A DNA stretch of 63,575 nt, filler included, from Globobulimina sp. (lineage: Eukaryota): NCBI GenBank assembly GCA_003354225.1. It is 19 parts of 19 records of this genome, joined end to end, with 100 filler letters (N's around TTAATTAATTAA, not from the genome) between each part and the next. Parts side by side here need not be neighbours in the genome. Positions count along the whole stretch, not along the records: positions 20,121 to 23,372 come from PIVH01003297.1; positions 23,473 to 26,724 come from PIVH01003298.1; positions 26,825 to 30,075 come from PIVH01003299.1; positions 30,176 to 33,426 come from PIVH01003300.1; positions 33,527 to 36,777 come from PIVH01003301.1; 14 more parts are not named here. The stretch is one strand, 5' to 3'. The translations under genes and the position numbers were made by a program. Shown in pieces: positions 20,797 through 33,640 of the stretch (its first letter is position 1; each line of letters starts with the position of its first letter). Below the pieces are notes generated by a model. The model searched no databases and was not told where the DNA came from. It was given only the letters and a program-made list of their open reading frames with translations.

Positions 20797-22150
20797 ATGC
20801 AGCAAGGTCTATCAATTTTAGACGGTTTAATAAATTCTATAGAAACTTCTTCAAACGACGACGATTGCAAAGAAGCAAAAATAGAAATTTGCGACGAAAA
20901 ATATATGCGAAAGATCTGGTCCAAATATGAATCAATCCCCAATTCATACCATACCAAAACTGTTGAATATATAACAGAACACGGACATACAAACGATGAT
21001 ATTGTGTGGTGTGCATCAGAGAAAGGTACAGTTTATATTCGAATACATCATTTCAAAAACATGTGAACAGCACTTCTGTATAGTTCATGGTGCCAATTTT
21101 TCATTGATTACAAATGGCGTGGATGTTATGGCAGGTTCGAGGACACAAATTCTTGACGAAACTACAAAGTTTTATGGAGGTTGGCGAGAGGTTTTGGCAG
21201 AAGAAAGGGATCGAGCTCTCAACGCATTCGAATTATTAAATAAAACCTATAATAACCAAATCAAAGTAGTTATTATCTACGGTGAGATCTTTGGCGGTTT
21301 ATACTCCCATCCACAGTGCCAATCTTCTGCCAACAGCAAGAAAAAATGTGTTCAAACAGGGATTTATTACAGTCCTGAGATTAAATTCTATGCATTTGAT
21401 ATTAAAACTGATTTAGAAATAAGTTCAAACACAAAAGATGATAGCAAAGAGAATGAGGATGAAGAGGAAATTGATGGACGTTTGTGTGTAAACGAAGCAG
21501 TGGGAATCTTTGAAAAATGCGGTTTTTTACATGCCAAGATATTACAAAAGGGGACGTTTGCTGAACTTATGAACTTTGATGTTGATGTTTTACAAAGTAC
21601 CATACCAAACTTGTTGAATTTGCCAGCTCCCATCGATATGGCTACAAACAAGGAGTTGGATAACGTTGCTGAGGGGATTGTTATTCGCAAAATGTTTTCT
21701 AAGGATCACTGTTTACTGAAAATTAAAGCTAAAAAGTTTTTGGAAATTGAAGCCAAACAGAAAAAGAAAGGTAAGAAGAATAAAGGAGGGGACAAAGGAG
21801 GGAATAAAAATGCTAATTTGGAGGTGTCATTTGAGAAAACGAAAGCGAATGTTTTGAAATTTCAAAACGAGGATTTTGTAGAGTTTATAATGAGATGTAT
21901 TAATGAGACGAGATTACAAGCGGTTGAGTCTAAGATTGGTAAAATGAGTGTAGATAATGCTAAAAAAATGCAAGGTTTATTAATGAATGATGTATTCAAA
22001 GAATTGCAGTCTGAAAAGGCTGATATTATGAAAAGTACTCACAAATCAGATATTGGGAAAATTCGGGGATTTATCGCAGTTGCTACAAAGATATTTTTCC
22101 AACCAAAGTTGGAAGAGCTTGAAAAAGAACAAGAAAATGACAATCAATAA
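20797..22150 (+). CDS. Rnl2-family ATP-dependent RNA ligase, 2 exons (intron 21026-21083), about 431 aa
   Basis: Splicing restores motif I EKVHGANFS. Also IYGEIFGG (III), FYAFDI (IIIa), AEGIVIR (IV), LKIK (V) and an Rnl2-type C-terminal domain (INETRLQAVESKIG...DVFKE). Confidence 0.9.
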
Positions 22151-22200
22151 AAAAGTGGTCTTGTCAGATGTCTTTGGGCAAGGAGATAGATGCCAGATTA

Positions 22201-22530
22201 CTAAAATGCTTTTTTAAAATACATGATCCTTACTTTGAAGTAATGCGTGATACTGTTTATACATAATTTAAACGGAGTTAACTGTGGTGTAACAAATGCA
22301 GCGACTTTGTCTTCATAACATGCAAATAATACAGCGATTAACACAGAAATTATGAGTGCTATTAGCAAATGTGATATTCTTTCTGCTTCCTCTTCGTTAA
22401 AGTTTGGAACAAAGGGAGACCATAATTTGCTCTGTTTATTATTAATCAGAAACCATTCTGCCAAAGGAACAGACGATACAAACGTGTTGATTATAAATTG
22501 GAGGATATGATGATTCTTTAGGAATATCAA
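22201..22530 (-). CDS. Last exon or fragment of a multi-pass membrane protein
   Basis: Hydrophobic helices; no clear start. Confidence 0.35.
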   Translation of the reverse strand: MIFLKNHHILQFIINTFVSSVPLAEWFLINNKQSKLWSPFVPNFNEEEAERISHLLIALIISVLIAVLFACYEDKVAAFVTPQLTPFKLCINSITHYFKVRIMYFKKAF

Positions 22531-22693
22531 CAGAGTTTTGTTGCTGTGTAAAATAACAATTGATCAATCAACAGAAAAAAAATATATATTAACTATGCAC
22601 ATAACAGAATTTGGAGATTCTGAAGAATTTGCCATCTGCGATTTGCCAGGACAAGCTTTTAGAAGTTTTTATCATAATTTCTGTCACCTTAAA

Positions 22694-23372
22694 CATGGAG
22701 CATTTGATTAGATTTCGAATGTTAGCAAATCAATTAGATGACAAAGAATTTAATCAATTTGTGATACAACTAATTTCCGCAAATGGACGCTCACTTTTAT
22801 TAAGCTCTTTATTTAATCATTATTCCAAGAAAGCAAACGAAATTATTCCATTAACAAACATAATCTCATCGATAATAACCAAACGCGAGAAAGATAAGGA
22901 AGATGACACCGTTGATACAGATACATATGACAGCAATATAGGTCTAAATCAATTGCCCTCCGCCTTAATAGCAGAGACGGCATCGTTTCTAAAAGCGCCC
23001 GAATATATTTTATTCAGTCGTTCCTCGCGAAAGATGTACGTTTCCTGCAATTCCCCCTGCAAAATCTATCATATTTCCACCTGTTTGCTCAAGAAATATC
23101 CGCACAACGCATCCATGAACAAATTCAAATCCCTCAAACAATTGGGGCTAAATATCAAATATTTCAACAACAAAATCTCATTCACCAACCAGTCCACGTG
23201 GAACAACGTAAAATTAGACACCTTGCAATTAAGTAACCGCGGCGGCAACGAAAATGATTTAATTACATTCATTGAGCGCAACTTAATAAATAATACGAAA
23301 AATCTAAAATTGCATAAATTCGGCAAGGATACGTCGCACCGATACGCCGGCGGATCTTTTTGCAAATTATTA
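22694..23372 (+). CDS. F-box-like/LRR-like protein, 3'-truncated
   Basis: F-box-like segment LNQLPSALIAETASFL...FSRSSRKMYVSC followed by Leu-periodic repeats. Confidence 0.5.
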
Positions 23373-23663
23373 NNNNNNNNNNNNNNNNNNNNNNNNNNNN
23401 NNNNNNNNNNNNNNNNTTAATTAATTAANNNNNNNNNNNNNNNNNNNNNNNNNNNNNNNNNNNNNNNNNNNNCATTCACAAAAAAAAACTCTAAAAATAA
23501 AAACTAAACAAACAATCCTTCCTTCCATTTTCTCGCAACTGATCAGTGATTAAACTGTGGTTTCTAAATTGCAATCAAATAAATAATAATAATAATACTA
23601 AATTTGCTGTACATTGAAAAAAAATATTAGTGAGATTCTGCTGGCATTTTAATAGTAAGCAAA

Positions 23664-26600
23664 TTTTTTTTTTTTTTGCAAGAGAGAAGTAAAATGACTC
23701 CATTTAATTAAATTAAAGTTCGTAACAAAGAACCAAAAACTGAAAATAAAACGAAAATAAGTAATAAAAGGGAAAATAAGTAATAAAAAAAAGGAAAAAT
23801 GATTAAATAATTGATTAATGAAACAATTTACTCAAAATAAAGTATTTTTAATAAAATATTGTTCGAAACGAATAACAAATGATTGATATAAAACTCAAAC
23901 ATAGATAAGTTTCTAAACAAAACTTTTCCAAACAAAATAAAAACAGTCTCAAAGTCAACCAATCAATGATTTAATAAAATAAAAATGTAAATTTTTGTCA
24001 TAAGTCATAAATGTGAATAGATTTAGCTGGGTTATGAGCGATAAATGTCGTAATGGTTTAAAATAGCGATTGCATTTGCTTTCATCAGACAGGAACTGAT
24101 ATATTGAAAACAAAAACCGATCGAGTCAGGAATTTCAATGTTCATATTCGCCGACCGTCGTTCAGCAACACGTTTAATTAATTTAACTGATTCTTTGTGA
24201 TGACCTCCAAAATCCTCAATGATAATGGGAACATATACCAATTGTCGTGTATTAATATGATTGTCGTTGACATATTTTTTATATTTATTAATTTTATGAT
24301 TATAGAACTTGTTCGCAGAGGTTAATAAATGTTGGCTCGCCGAATGGTAATTGTTCTCGGAACAAGTCGATGTAATACCGATATCAAATGCATATTCTTC
24401 ACCGTTGAGGCCCCAGTTTTTAATAAAGATATCGGCCGGTTTTAATAATTTCTCATCAAAGAGATGTCTCAATTCAATAGAATGATCAATCTTTGCTTGT
24501 GTCATTAATGTCGAAAATGATTTCACGACAAGGTCATGTCTTAAAATAATACCTTGGCCGTGTTTGCATACAGCGGCATGGTCGCCATATTGATCTAAAA
24601 TCGAATAGCAACATAAGCATTGTTCATCGGGCGCAATCATTGCGACTCTCAGTCTCTTTTTAATTATAATTCGAAACTCCGAATTCGTAAAAATTTGGCC
24701 ATATCCACTTCGCATTGCAATGTTAAGAAAAGCGCCGGCATTCTTATTCATCATTGCTAAAATCGCTGCTTTGTTCTTACCTGTTTTACAATGGATGATG
24801 GTGTTCAATTGTTTACATTGTATATTTTTTGTCATCCACTTTGTAGTATGTATCGATCTGTCATACTCCGTAATTTTATGCCTGTCTGCAACAGACGCAT
24901 TGTAGTTAGATATGCATCGATCGATTCGGAGTTCAATCTCCTTATCAAATAATTTAATAACGTCTTCGTCCGCTAATCGTTGTACTAATTGTAATGCGGC
25001 CATAAGTGCAGGTAAATATATTGCATATATTTTGTCAGTCGCCGTACGTATACCTAATCCGGCTTTGTTTACTGACAAAGTGCATTGTAACCATTGTTGA
25101 TAATTCAAATTGAAACCGCATAAATCATTAAATTGTTCACGAAGCATCAAATCGAACTTTCTTGCGATAAAAATGGATTGTTTTGGCGGTATCCGCCTTA
25201 ACCAATATGTGAGATTTGATAAATTTGCATAATTCTTAAAAATATTATAGGCGAATTGGGCATTGTTGAAGGATTTGGTGCGGACCAATGATTTCAGGAT
25301 ATCTTCAATTTTCTTTTCCATGTATTTGTTAATATGTTGTTGTGTACCAATGGGAATATTTAAACATTCACTTTGGCCGTTTTCACACCGTTTAAATTGT
25401 GCCAATGCATTTGAAGTAAGATGGGATATATCCTCCCATTTACAACCCAGTGTAATGACACTCTTTTTATTGTTCAAATGATAACCATCGTCGGGGCCCA
25501 ACTCGTTAATAATATCAATGTATAAATTTGCATCGGCTATGGACATTAATGAAAAATTGTCATCAACGAACGACGCTTTTGCTTTTATTTTAAAATCGGG
25601 CTTTAATTGTTCTGCTTTGGCATAAACTTTGCGGAAGAAATGTTTCTGAGAAAGGCCGCAATTGCCATTGCTGCCAGCTTGTCCTTGGTATAATCCTTCC
25701 TCTGCTTCGAATAAATCACCGTTCGGTAGTACCAATTTGTTGTTCCTGCCATATAATTGATAATTTAATAAATATTGTGATGGAATGTCCGAATGAATCT
25801 GCTTAAGTAATAATTTACGAATCAATTCACCGAAACAATTCGTCCAATCTGTTTGCAAAATGCAGCTCTCATTATGCAACATAATATATTTGATTGACAT
25901 CTCAAAAGTGAGGACCATCGCCTCGCCGCCGCATTTTTCCTCGCTAATTTGTATTGGATCTCTCGCGGCTTCAATTTGTGATTTATGAACGCGTTTACTT
26001 GTCGCGATGGATAATGATGGCATAAGATTGCCAATCGTTATTGGTCTTATATCTGTTTTCTTTTTATTCGCGGGAATAACTCTGCCACCGTTTGCGTATT
26101 GGATGACATCGTTGTTAACTTCACCGTTGACAAAAAGTAATATAACGGCTTTAATTTCGTGTTCTAATTTTGTTCCCGACCGATTCTTCCACATTTTAAT
26201 AAAATGTTGATTGGAAATACCGGATACTCCCGGGGCCGATGACTCATTTAAGCTCAATGCTGCTTCATTCATGATGTCAGGATCAATAATTAATGTTATA
26301 TGTTGTTGATTGGTTGGTAATTTTTCCACAATATTTTCAGGTTTCCGCTTCGGATATTTTGACAGTAATAATGCTTTCTTTTCGGGATCGTTCATGTCTG
26401 CAATGCCTGAGCTATCAATCATATTTAATGCTTTCTTCATGTTTCCATTTCTCGCAGTTCGGACAATTTTTTGTTTTAAATGTTTTGATAAGTCACCACT
26501 TTTATTATTATTATAAATTCTTTTGATTGGTTGCGATATATATTTTTGTTCGGCATTCTTGTTTAATGTATTAAATAAGTCAGTAATTTCGCCTGCTAAT

Positions 26601-26724
26601 ACCATAGATATTCGCTCCAAAAAGGTATACGGATTAATGTCTTTGTCCGATTTTGCTAAAATAACTTTGCAGAACATACATAATTCAATCCAGGCACGCT
26701 TATCGTTGTTAATTCGTACTTTTC
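23664..26724 (-). mobile_element. Non-LTR retrotransposon with RT and restriction-like endonuclease (CRE-like clade), 5'-truncated by contig end; ORF 24032-26677
   Basis: RPITIG, TDWTNCF, GLYQG, FVDD, AGLGIR, CLCC-x7-DHAAVC zinc knuckle, RHD, KPADIF...FDIGI...K (PD-D-K nuclease). AT-rich 3' UTR ends at an A14 run (plus-strand T14, 23664-23677). Confidence 0.9.
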
Positions 26725-27213
26725 NNNNNNNNNNNNNNNNNNNNNNNNNNNNNNNNNNNNNNNNNNNNTTAATTAATTAANNNNNNNNNNNNNNNNNNNN
26801 NNNNNNNNNNNNNNNNNNNNNNNNTATTTTATTTGATGCAATGAAGAAATTTGGTATCCATCAAAAAGAAATTGTATTAATCGATAATTTGATTTATTTA
26901 CAAGAATATGACTCTGATTCCATTGTCTATGACTTACAAAACACTCAAAGCTCAAATTTTAAATTTTTAGTGGCGGTTTCAAGCAAATTCCAGCAAATCA
27001 CAAACAAATTAATCCACGAAAAAAATATTAAAAAAAAACTGTACAGCTCCGGCAAACGATATTTTTATTGGCCGTTTTATAAAAATAATCAAAATCAAAG
27101 GAATGCTGTATTTAAAGGTATAATGAATACAGTTTTTGAAGAAAACATTGGATATAAATTATGCGATTGGTACATTGATAGAAAATATGCAAATTTGAAG
27201 GCAGAATTATTAA

Positions 27214-27877
27214 GGTAGTTGTGTAATTAGTGGAGAGCGTTTCTGTGTTTTGTATATAACTAATGGCATTATCAATAATTATGAGGTATATGACATTCAT
27301 ACTTTTGCAGTAGAACGCCTTCCATATGCACTAGATATCCATACATTTACTTTGGTATAATATTGTTTGTGTGTTCAAATATATGGACAAACCGAAAGCA
27401 GAGTGCCATATCGTAGTGTGCATATTATTTGTCATCAAAAAGAGGTCAGTCCATTCCAATACAATGAAAGCATCCATTTAACCTAAATAAAAAATCTGTA
27501 TTGATCAGATTTCATCAAACTTGTTTGACTGTCTTCGTATCCTTCATTGTATTCAAAACCTCCAAAATTCCATAAAAACGATTTACGAAACCATACGATC
27601 CAAATATTAAAAATCTGATCAATACAGATTATTTATTTAGGTTTAAACAATAGGATTAATCCATCCAGTTCCATCTGAGCGCAGCCATGGATAAAATAAA
27701 TGCACACTACTATAGCGTTTTTCTTAACCTGTTTTCCTTTGGAGTCTAACAATGACCACCATGGCGACATCATGCTGGATAAAGTCTGAATTCATATACG
27801 ATAAATCTCTGCCTTATACCATCACAATTTAATCAATAAATGCCAGACACAACAAACTCACAAATTACACAACTACC
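27214..27877. mobile_element. 664-bp MITE with TTAA target-site duplication (Kolobok-like GG...CC termini)
   Basis: TTAA|GGTAGTTGTGTAATT ... AATTACACAACTACC|TTAA, a perfect 15-bp TIR. Excision restores the host reading frame. Confidence 0.85.
27481..27642. mobile_element. Nested 162-bp MITE with 32-bp TIRs (1 mismatch) and TTA flanks
   Basis: ACCTAAATAAAAAATCTGTATTGATCAGATTT pairs with AAATCTGATCAATACAGATTATTTATTTAGGT; TTA at 27478-27480 and 27643-27645. Confidence 0.7.
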
Positions 27878-28016
27878 TTAAATAATTTAATTTGCGGATT
27901 TAGTTTGGAACAATTTAGTAACAGAAATTAAATGCATGGATTAAAGACCCAAATGTTCAAAATATTACAGGAAATCGAACATATTGGCACCGAATATATT
28001 GGCACCGAATATATAC

Positions 28017-29468
<1,452 letters not shown>

Positions 29469-29619
29469 CTTTAGTGCTCAGTCCGTAGCTTGAGAGTGTT
29501 GAGTTAAATCATTTTTGAAAACCTAGCTTTAGCCATAGCAACAACGTTGCTTGGCTACATCGGGAATATTTGAAAGCCAATATGGCTGAAACAAAATCAC
29601 GAGTTAGTTCTATGATCAA

Positions 29620-30075
29620 TTGATCCCATTTGCAACACACGCAAATTATTTATATATTAAATTAATTTTAAATTATAAGGAAATCGCGGCAGATGATTTG
29701 GAGCATGACATCACAGACAGATTAAACTGGGACATTGGCTCCGAATGTTTAGTGTATTGCGAGGTAGAAAGGACATTTGTATTCGGTATAATTGCCAAAA
29801 TATATCATAATAATAACAATTCAAATGGCGAGTGGCTGACTGTCAAATATGGAAATAAAGAGAAAGCAGTCCAGAGATACAGTCAATTTATTAAACCCTT
29901 TGATTTGTTGGCCATAGTTCGGGCAAAGAAAGGCAATTTATTTGATTTGCAATTGACGGACAATGGAATTGAAGCTTGTATCGACCGCATTCATTTCATA
30001 TTATATTTGTATGGGATATGGCTGTCAGTGAAGGATAAGAGTCTTTGCATGAATATGAATGAGTTAATCAGCAAT
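29620..30075 (+). CDS. Fragment with a Tudor/SH3-like beta domain followed by a helical segment resembling the N-terminus of the ART-like family
   Basis: WDIGSECLVYC...EWLTVKY...K.VQRYS..IKP, then CIDRIHFILYLY (compare CVQRIIECLTYY near 60390). Confidence 0.45.
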
Positions 30076-30175
30076 NNNNNNNNNNNNNNNNNNNNNNNNN
30101 NNNNNNNNNNNNNNNNNNNTTAATTAATTAANNNNNNNNNNNNNNNNNNNNNNNNNNNNNNNNNNNNNNNNNNNN

Positions 30176-30413
30176 TCGCGCCGATTATTATTATCGAGGA
30201 CTCTTTATCTGAGACCCAGCCATGCTTTTTATTCTTATGCTTGTTGTATTTTTCGTCGCTGAGCTCGATATGTTGGGTTTCCTCATCATAGTCGGACGTT
30301 TTGCTGCTGTTTGTTCGTGATCGGACGCGTGGTACTTTGCGTTGCTTTAATGGGGTTTTCTTGTCATCGATGTAACCGAAACATCGACATACTGTCGACA
30401 GAGATTCAACCAT
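30176..30413 (-). CDS. Hypothetical protein N-terminus, truncated (ends IIIIGA, possibly the start of a GxGxxG dinucleotide-binding motif)
   Basis: ORF runs to the contig edge; head-to-head with the STING-like gene. Confidence 0.35.
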
Positions 30414-30486
30414 ATGACGGCTAGTTAATATAAAGATGACAAGTTGTTTTTCATAGAGAGTTTTGAGTTAGTCATCTTTGAGTGTC

Positions 30487-31922
30487 ATGGCCTCCGAAGA
30501 CACACTTTTACAGAGTCCATCGACAAGAACTGCACAGCAAAAAAAGAAAATGGAACAGTTTGCACAGTCGACTGAAGCTTTGATAACATTGTCAACCGAG
30601 AGAACAGAAAACAAAACGCAAATAGAACTGGAACTACAGCTAACTACAACAGAGCAGAAATCTGAAGCAATCACTAAAGTCCAAGTAAATGAAGCAAACA
30701 CTGCGGAGGATATATTAGAAGCGACCGATGAAAAGAATGAGAAATTATTCTCAATCACAAAGAAATTAAATCAATCCGTATATGAAGATTTTAAATGGAG
30801 GCAATGGTACTTTTATAATATATATTACATAGAAACATATATATTGTTATATATAATACATAAAACAGGGCAGATATTTGTTTATTTGCTCTATTGATAG
30901 TAATTGGTGTCATTATAATGGCCATTAAACAACACACAGACATCGGGCAATTACTTATTGGTTCTGGTCTAACTCCATTTATTTTATTTGCATGGTCGTT
31001 GTGTACAGCCAGCAACGATACGATTTATAAGAAAAATAATTATATTCGATGTGGAGCATCATTGCTTTTAATTGTTTTGGGCATTGTATTATTATTAATA
31101 CACGACACAAATGATAATGTTGCTGTATTTTTTGCGTTCTCCGTGATGAATGTTGGCGTTTTCCTGATAATTTCTCGACTGTTTTTTATGGAAAAAGATG
31201 CGGAACGAACTATAGAAATATTACGGAAACAGTTAAAAACGGGGAGACGCAAAGCGGTCGGCCCTGGTTTGGCATTTGCATATTTTTATAATTTTTTGAA
31301 GCCGGTTTGCGACGATTTGTATACAGAGAAAGACAATAAACCGGGAATCGCTATGAGTGTCAAAGAAGGTATACAGTTATTTCATTTATGTGTATATTAA
31401 TATACATTTGCAACATGCGTATTGTACATAGGTTGGAGAGGCAAACCCGAAGATTGCTATTTATCGCGCAATGAATTCACACTTCTGATCCCCAGGAATT
31501 TGACTGACGCGCAACAATTAAGAGACAGTCTGCAAGAATGCAAATATACGGCGTCTGTCAAGAACTTCACGACCCATCGACCCCTGTCATTGTATACAAT
31601 TACAAAATGGAAATCTGCCATGGATGAGGAAGTGTATTGTGTGGGTTTGTGTGATGTACCAAATGTGTTATCATCGCTCTATAATCGGAAACATCATTCG
31701 GATAAAATTCAAGACGCAAAAACAGAAAAAGTTGATTTGCCGCAGGAAATATTGACATTTCAGAACGAATTATTTGAATTGATACAAGAAAATATTGAGA
31801 CAAAGGAATTTGTGCGCATTGTATCTATGCCGGCACCGCCATTCACGAGAGACGATTTGTGGGCTGCTGTGGGAGCGTCAGATTTGCAAATTGATGAGAA
31901 ATCGATGAAAGAAAATAAATAA
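30487..31922 (+). CDS. Transmembrane STING-domain protein (4TM plus bacterial-like STING cyclic-dinucleotide receptor domain), 3 exons, about 436 aa
   Basis: Exons 30487-30806, 30869-31368 and 31432-31922 join in phase through GT-AG introns of 62 and 63 bp. After 4 TMs: AVGPGLAFAYFYNFLKPVC, FTLLIPRNL, HRPLSLY, LCDVPNVLSSL, EILTFQNELFELI, VRIV. Confidence 0.8.
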
Positions 31923-32095
31923 TCAAAACTAACTGTAATGCATTCATTTTGTAGATACTGCATGTTTTTTTTTGTTTGAAAATCAGAGGGTTTTTGTGTT
32001 GGACTTGATCGGATTTATATTTGTATGAGATTGAAAAAGAGACTTTAGAAAACTTTGAAGAGTTAACAATTAATCACGGTTTTATTTAAAACCAA

Positions 32096-32475
32096 TTAAT
32101 TTAAACCAATATGTGGATGTGGCATGATCTGTTTATTAGCAACATTCCTTTGTATTGCTGCCCTGCAATTGTTGGATTTGGTTCTTATTTTGCCAGAAGG
32201 ACCAGCCCCGTGATATCTCTCTTTATCCGCTGCATCTGGGATTGAGCTAAAGAGGACCTTACCAGGAGCAGTGTAAATCACTCCTTCATTTGCCGCTCCT
32301 GGTTTAGCTGTGATGAAACACGCGCTTTTATCATTATTGTCCATCAGCCATTGTTCACTTTCAATGGAGATAAAGCCTCCACCTCCACCACCTCATCGCC
32401 ATCCGTTATGGCCATGGCGTCCATCCGCTGTTATTTGTCCATTGTTTTGAAACCAATAACATGTGATGGACAATG
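32096..32475 (-). pseudogene. Gly-rich repeat protein fragment with an in-frame TGA
   Basis: LSITCYWFQNNGQITADGRHGHNGWR*GGGGGGFISIE...ITAKPG...GAGPSGKIR. Confidence 0.4.
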
Positions 32476-33426
32476 CTCCACCGCCATCTCTCCCGAGATG
32501 TCCAGGGCCGGCATGGGCCCATCCCATGGCAAGCCGTCCTGCAGGTAGTGATCGAACCAGGCCAGGGTGCGGCGCACGAAGTCCTCGCGGCCGTACCGTT
32601 TCCTGTTGCCGTGGCCCTCGCCCGGATAGAAGAGCAGGCGCACCGACGGGTGGCCCGCCATCTTCAGGGCGCGGTACATCTCCTGGCTCTGGCTGGGGTG
32701 GACCCGCGGGTCGCCGTCACCGTGCAGGATCAGCAGCGGTGTCTTGCAGCGGGAGGCGTAGGATATGGGGCTGCGCTCGCGCATCAACTCCCAGGAATCG
32801 CGCACGGGTTCGCCCATGTGGACGTACTCGTCCTCGTAGGGGATGTCCGTCAGGAAGCGTTTGCTCACCAGATCGCTGACGCCCACCATGCCGACCCCCG
32901 CCTTGAAGCGGTCGCTGTAGTAGGTCGTCAGCCAGAAGGTGGCGTACCCGCCGTAGGAGCCACCCATGACCCCGACGCGGTCGCCGTCTGCGATGCCCTC
33001 GGCGATGAGGTAATCCACACCATCAACCACATCGTCGAATTCGGGACCAGCGGGGTCGCCGAAGGCCGAGGCGGCGAACGCGACGCCACGCCCGGTGCTG
33101 CCCCGGTAGTTGGGATAGAACACGGCATAACCCTGGGCGCACAGGGCCTGGCCCGGGTTGGCGTAGCGGCTGATCCAGCCGTGGCGGTGGTTCGATTCCG
33201 GCCCGCCGTGGACATCCACGATGAGGGGCGCGGGGCCGTCGGGCGCCAGGGGCAGCATGAGGATGCCCTCGAGCTCGAGACCGTCACGGGCGGTCCAGCG
33301 GACGACGCGCTGTTCGGCCAGGTCGATGTCGGCCAGGCCGGGATTGTGGTGGGTCAGCCGGCGGGCGTCGCCCTTGCCGTTCCAGGTGTAGAGTTCGCGG
33401 GGGGTCGTGGGATTGTGGACTGCCAT
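32476..33426 (-). CDS. Bacterial S9 family peptidase (dipeptidyl aminopeptidase/acylaminoacyl peptidase), partial, high GC
   Basis: VHGGPE, PNYRGSTGRG, GGSYGG (Ser), DPRV (Asp), EGHG (His). Strongly GC-rich, no introns. Confidence 0.93.
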
Positions 33427-33640
33427 NNNNNNNNNNNNNNNNNNNNNNNNNNNNNNNNNNNNNNNNNNNNTTAATTAATTAANNNNNNNNNNNNNNNNNN
33501 NNNNNNNNNNNNNNNNNNNNNNNNNNACCAAAAAAAAAAAAGAAAAAAAAAGAAAATACTCGTAAAAAGCGGTACAACTCTCCAAAAAAGGCACCGGTCA
33601 AAATAGTAAATCCAAGAAAAAAAAAGCGAAGAAAGCTAAG

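Larger units (their letters stand above)
26825..28010 (+). pseudogene. Disrupted member of the ART-like family (paralog of 60327-62849)
   Basis: Shares EYDSD.I..D, G.R(Y/F).YWP and KY..LK.ELLNN motifs. Interrupted by a MITE at 27214 and a frameshift near 27925. Confidence 0.7.

Noticed and set aside
32476-33426. Bona fide bacterial-to-eukaryote horizontal transfer
   Set aside because: No codon or GC amelioration, both genes broken at the junction, contig-terminal position; a chimera is more parsimonious.
32463-33474. Long plus-strand ORFs (138 and 333 aa)
   Set aside because: Stop-poor antisense frames of the GC-rich S9 peptidase.
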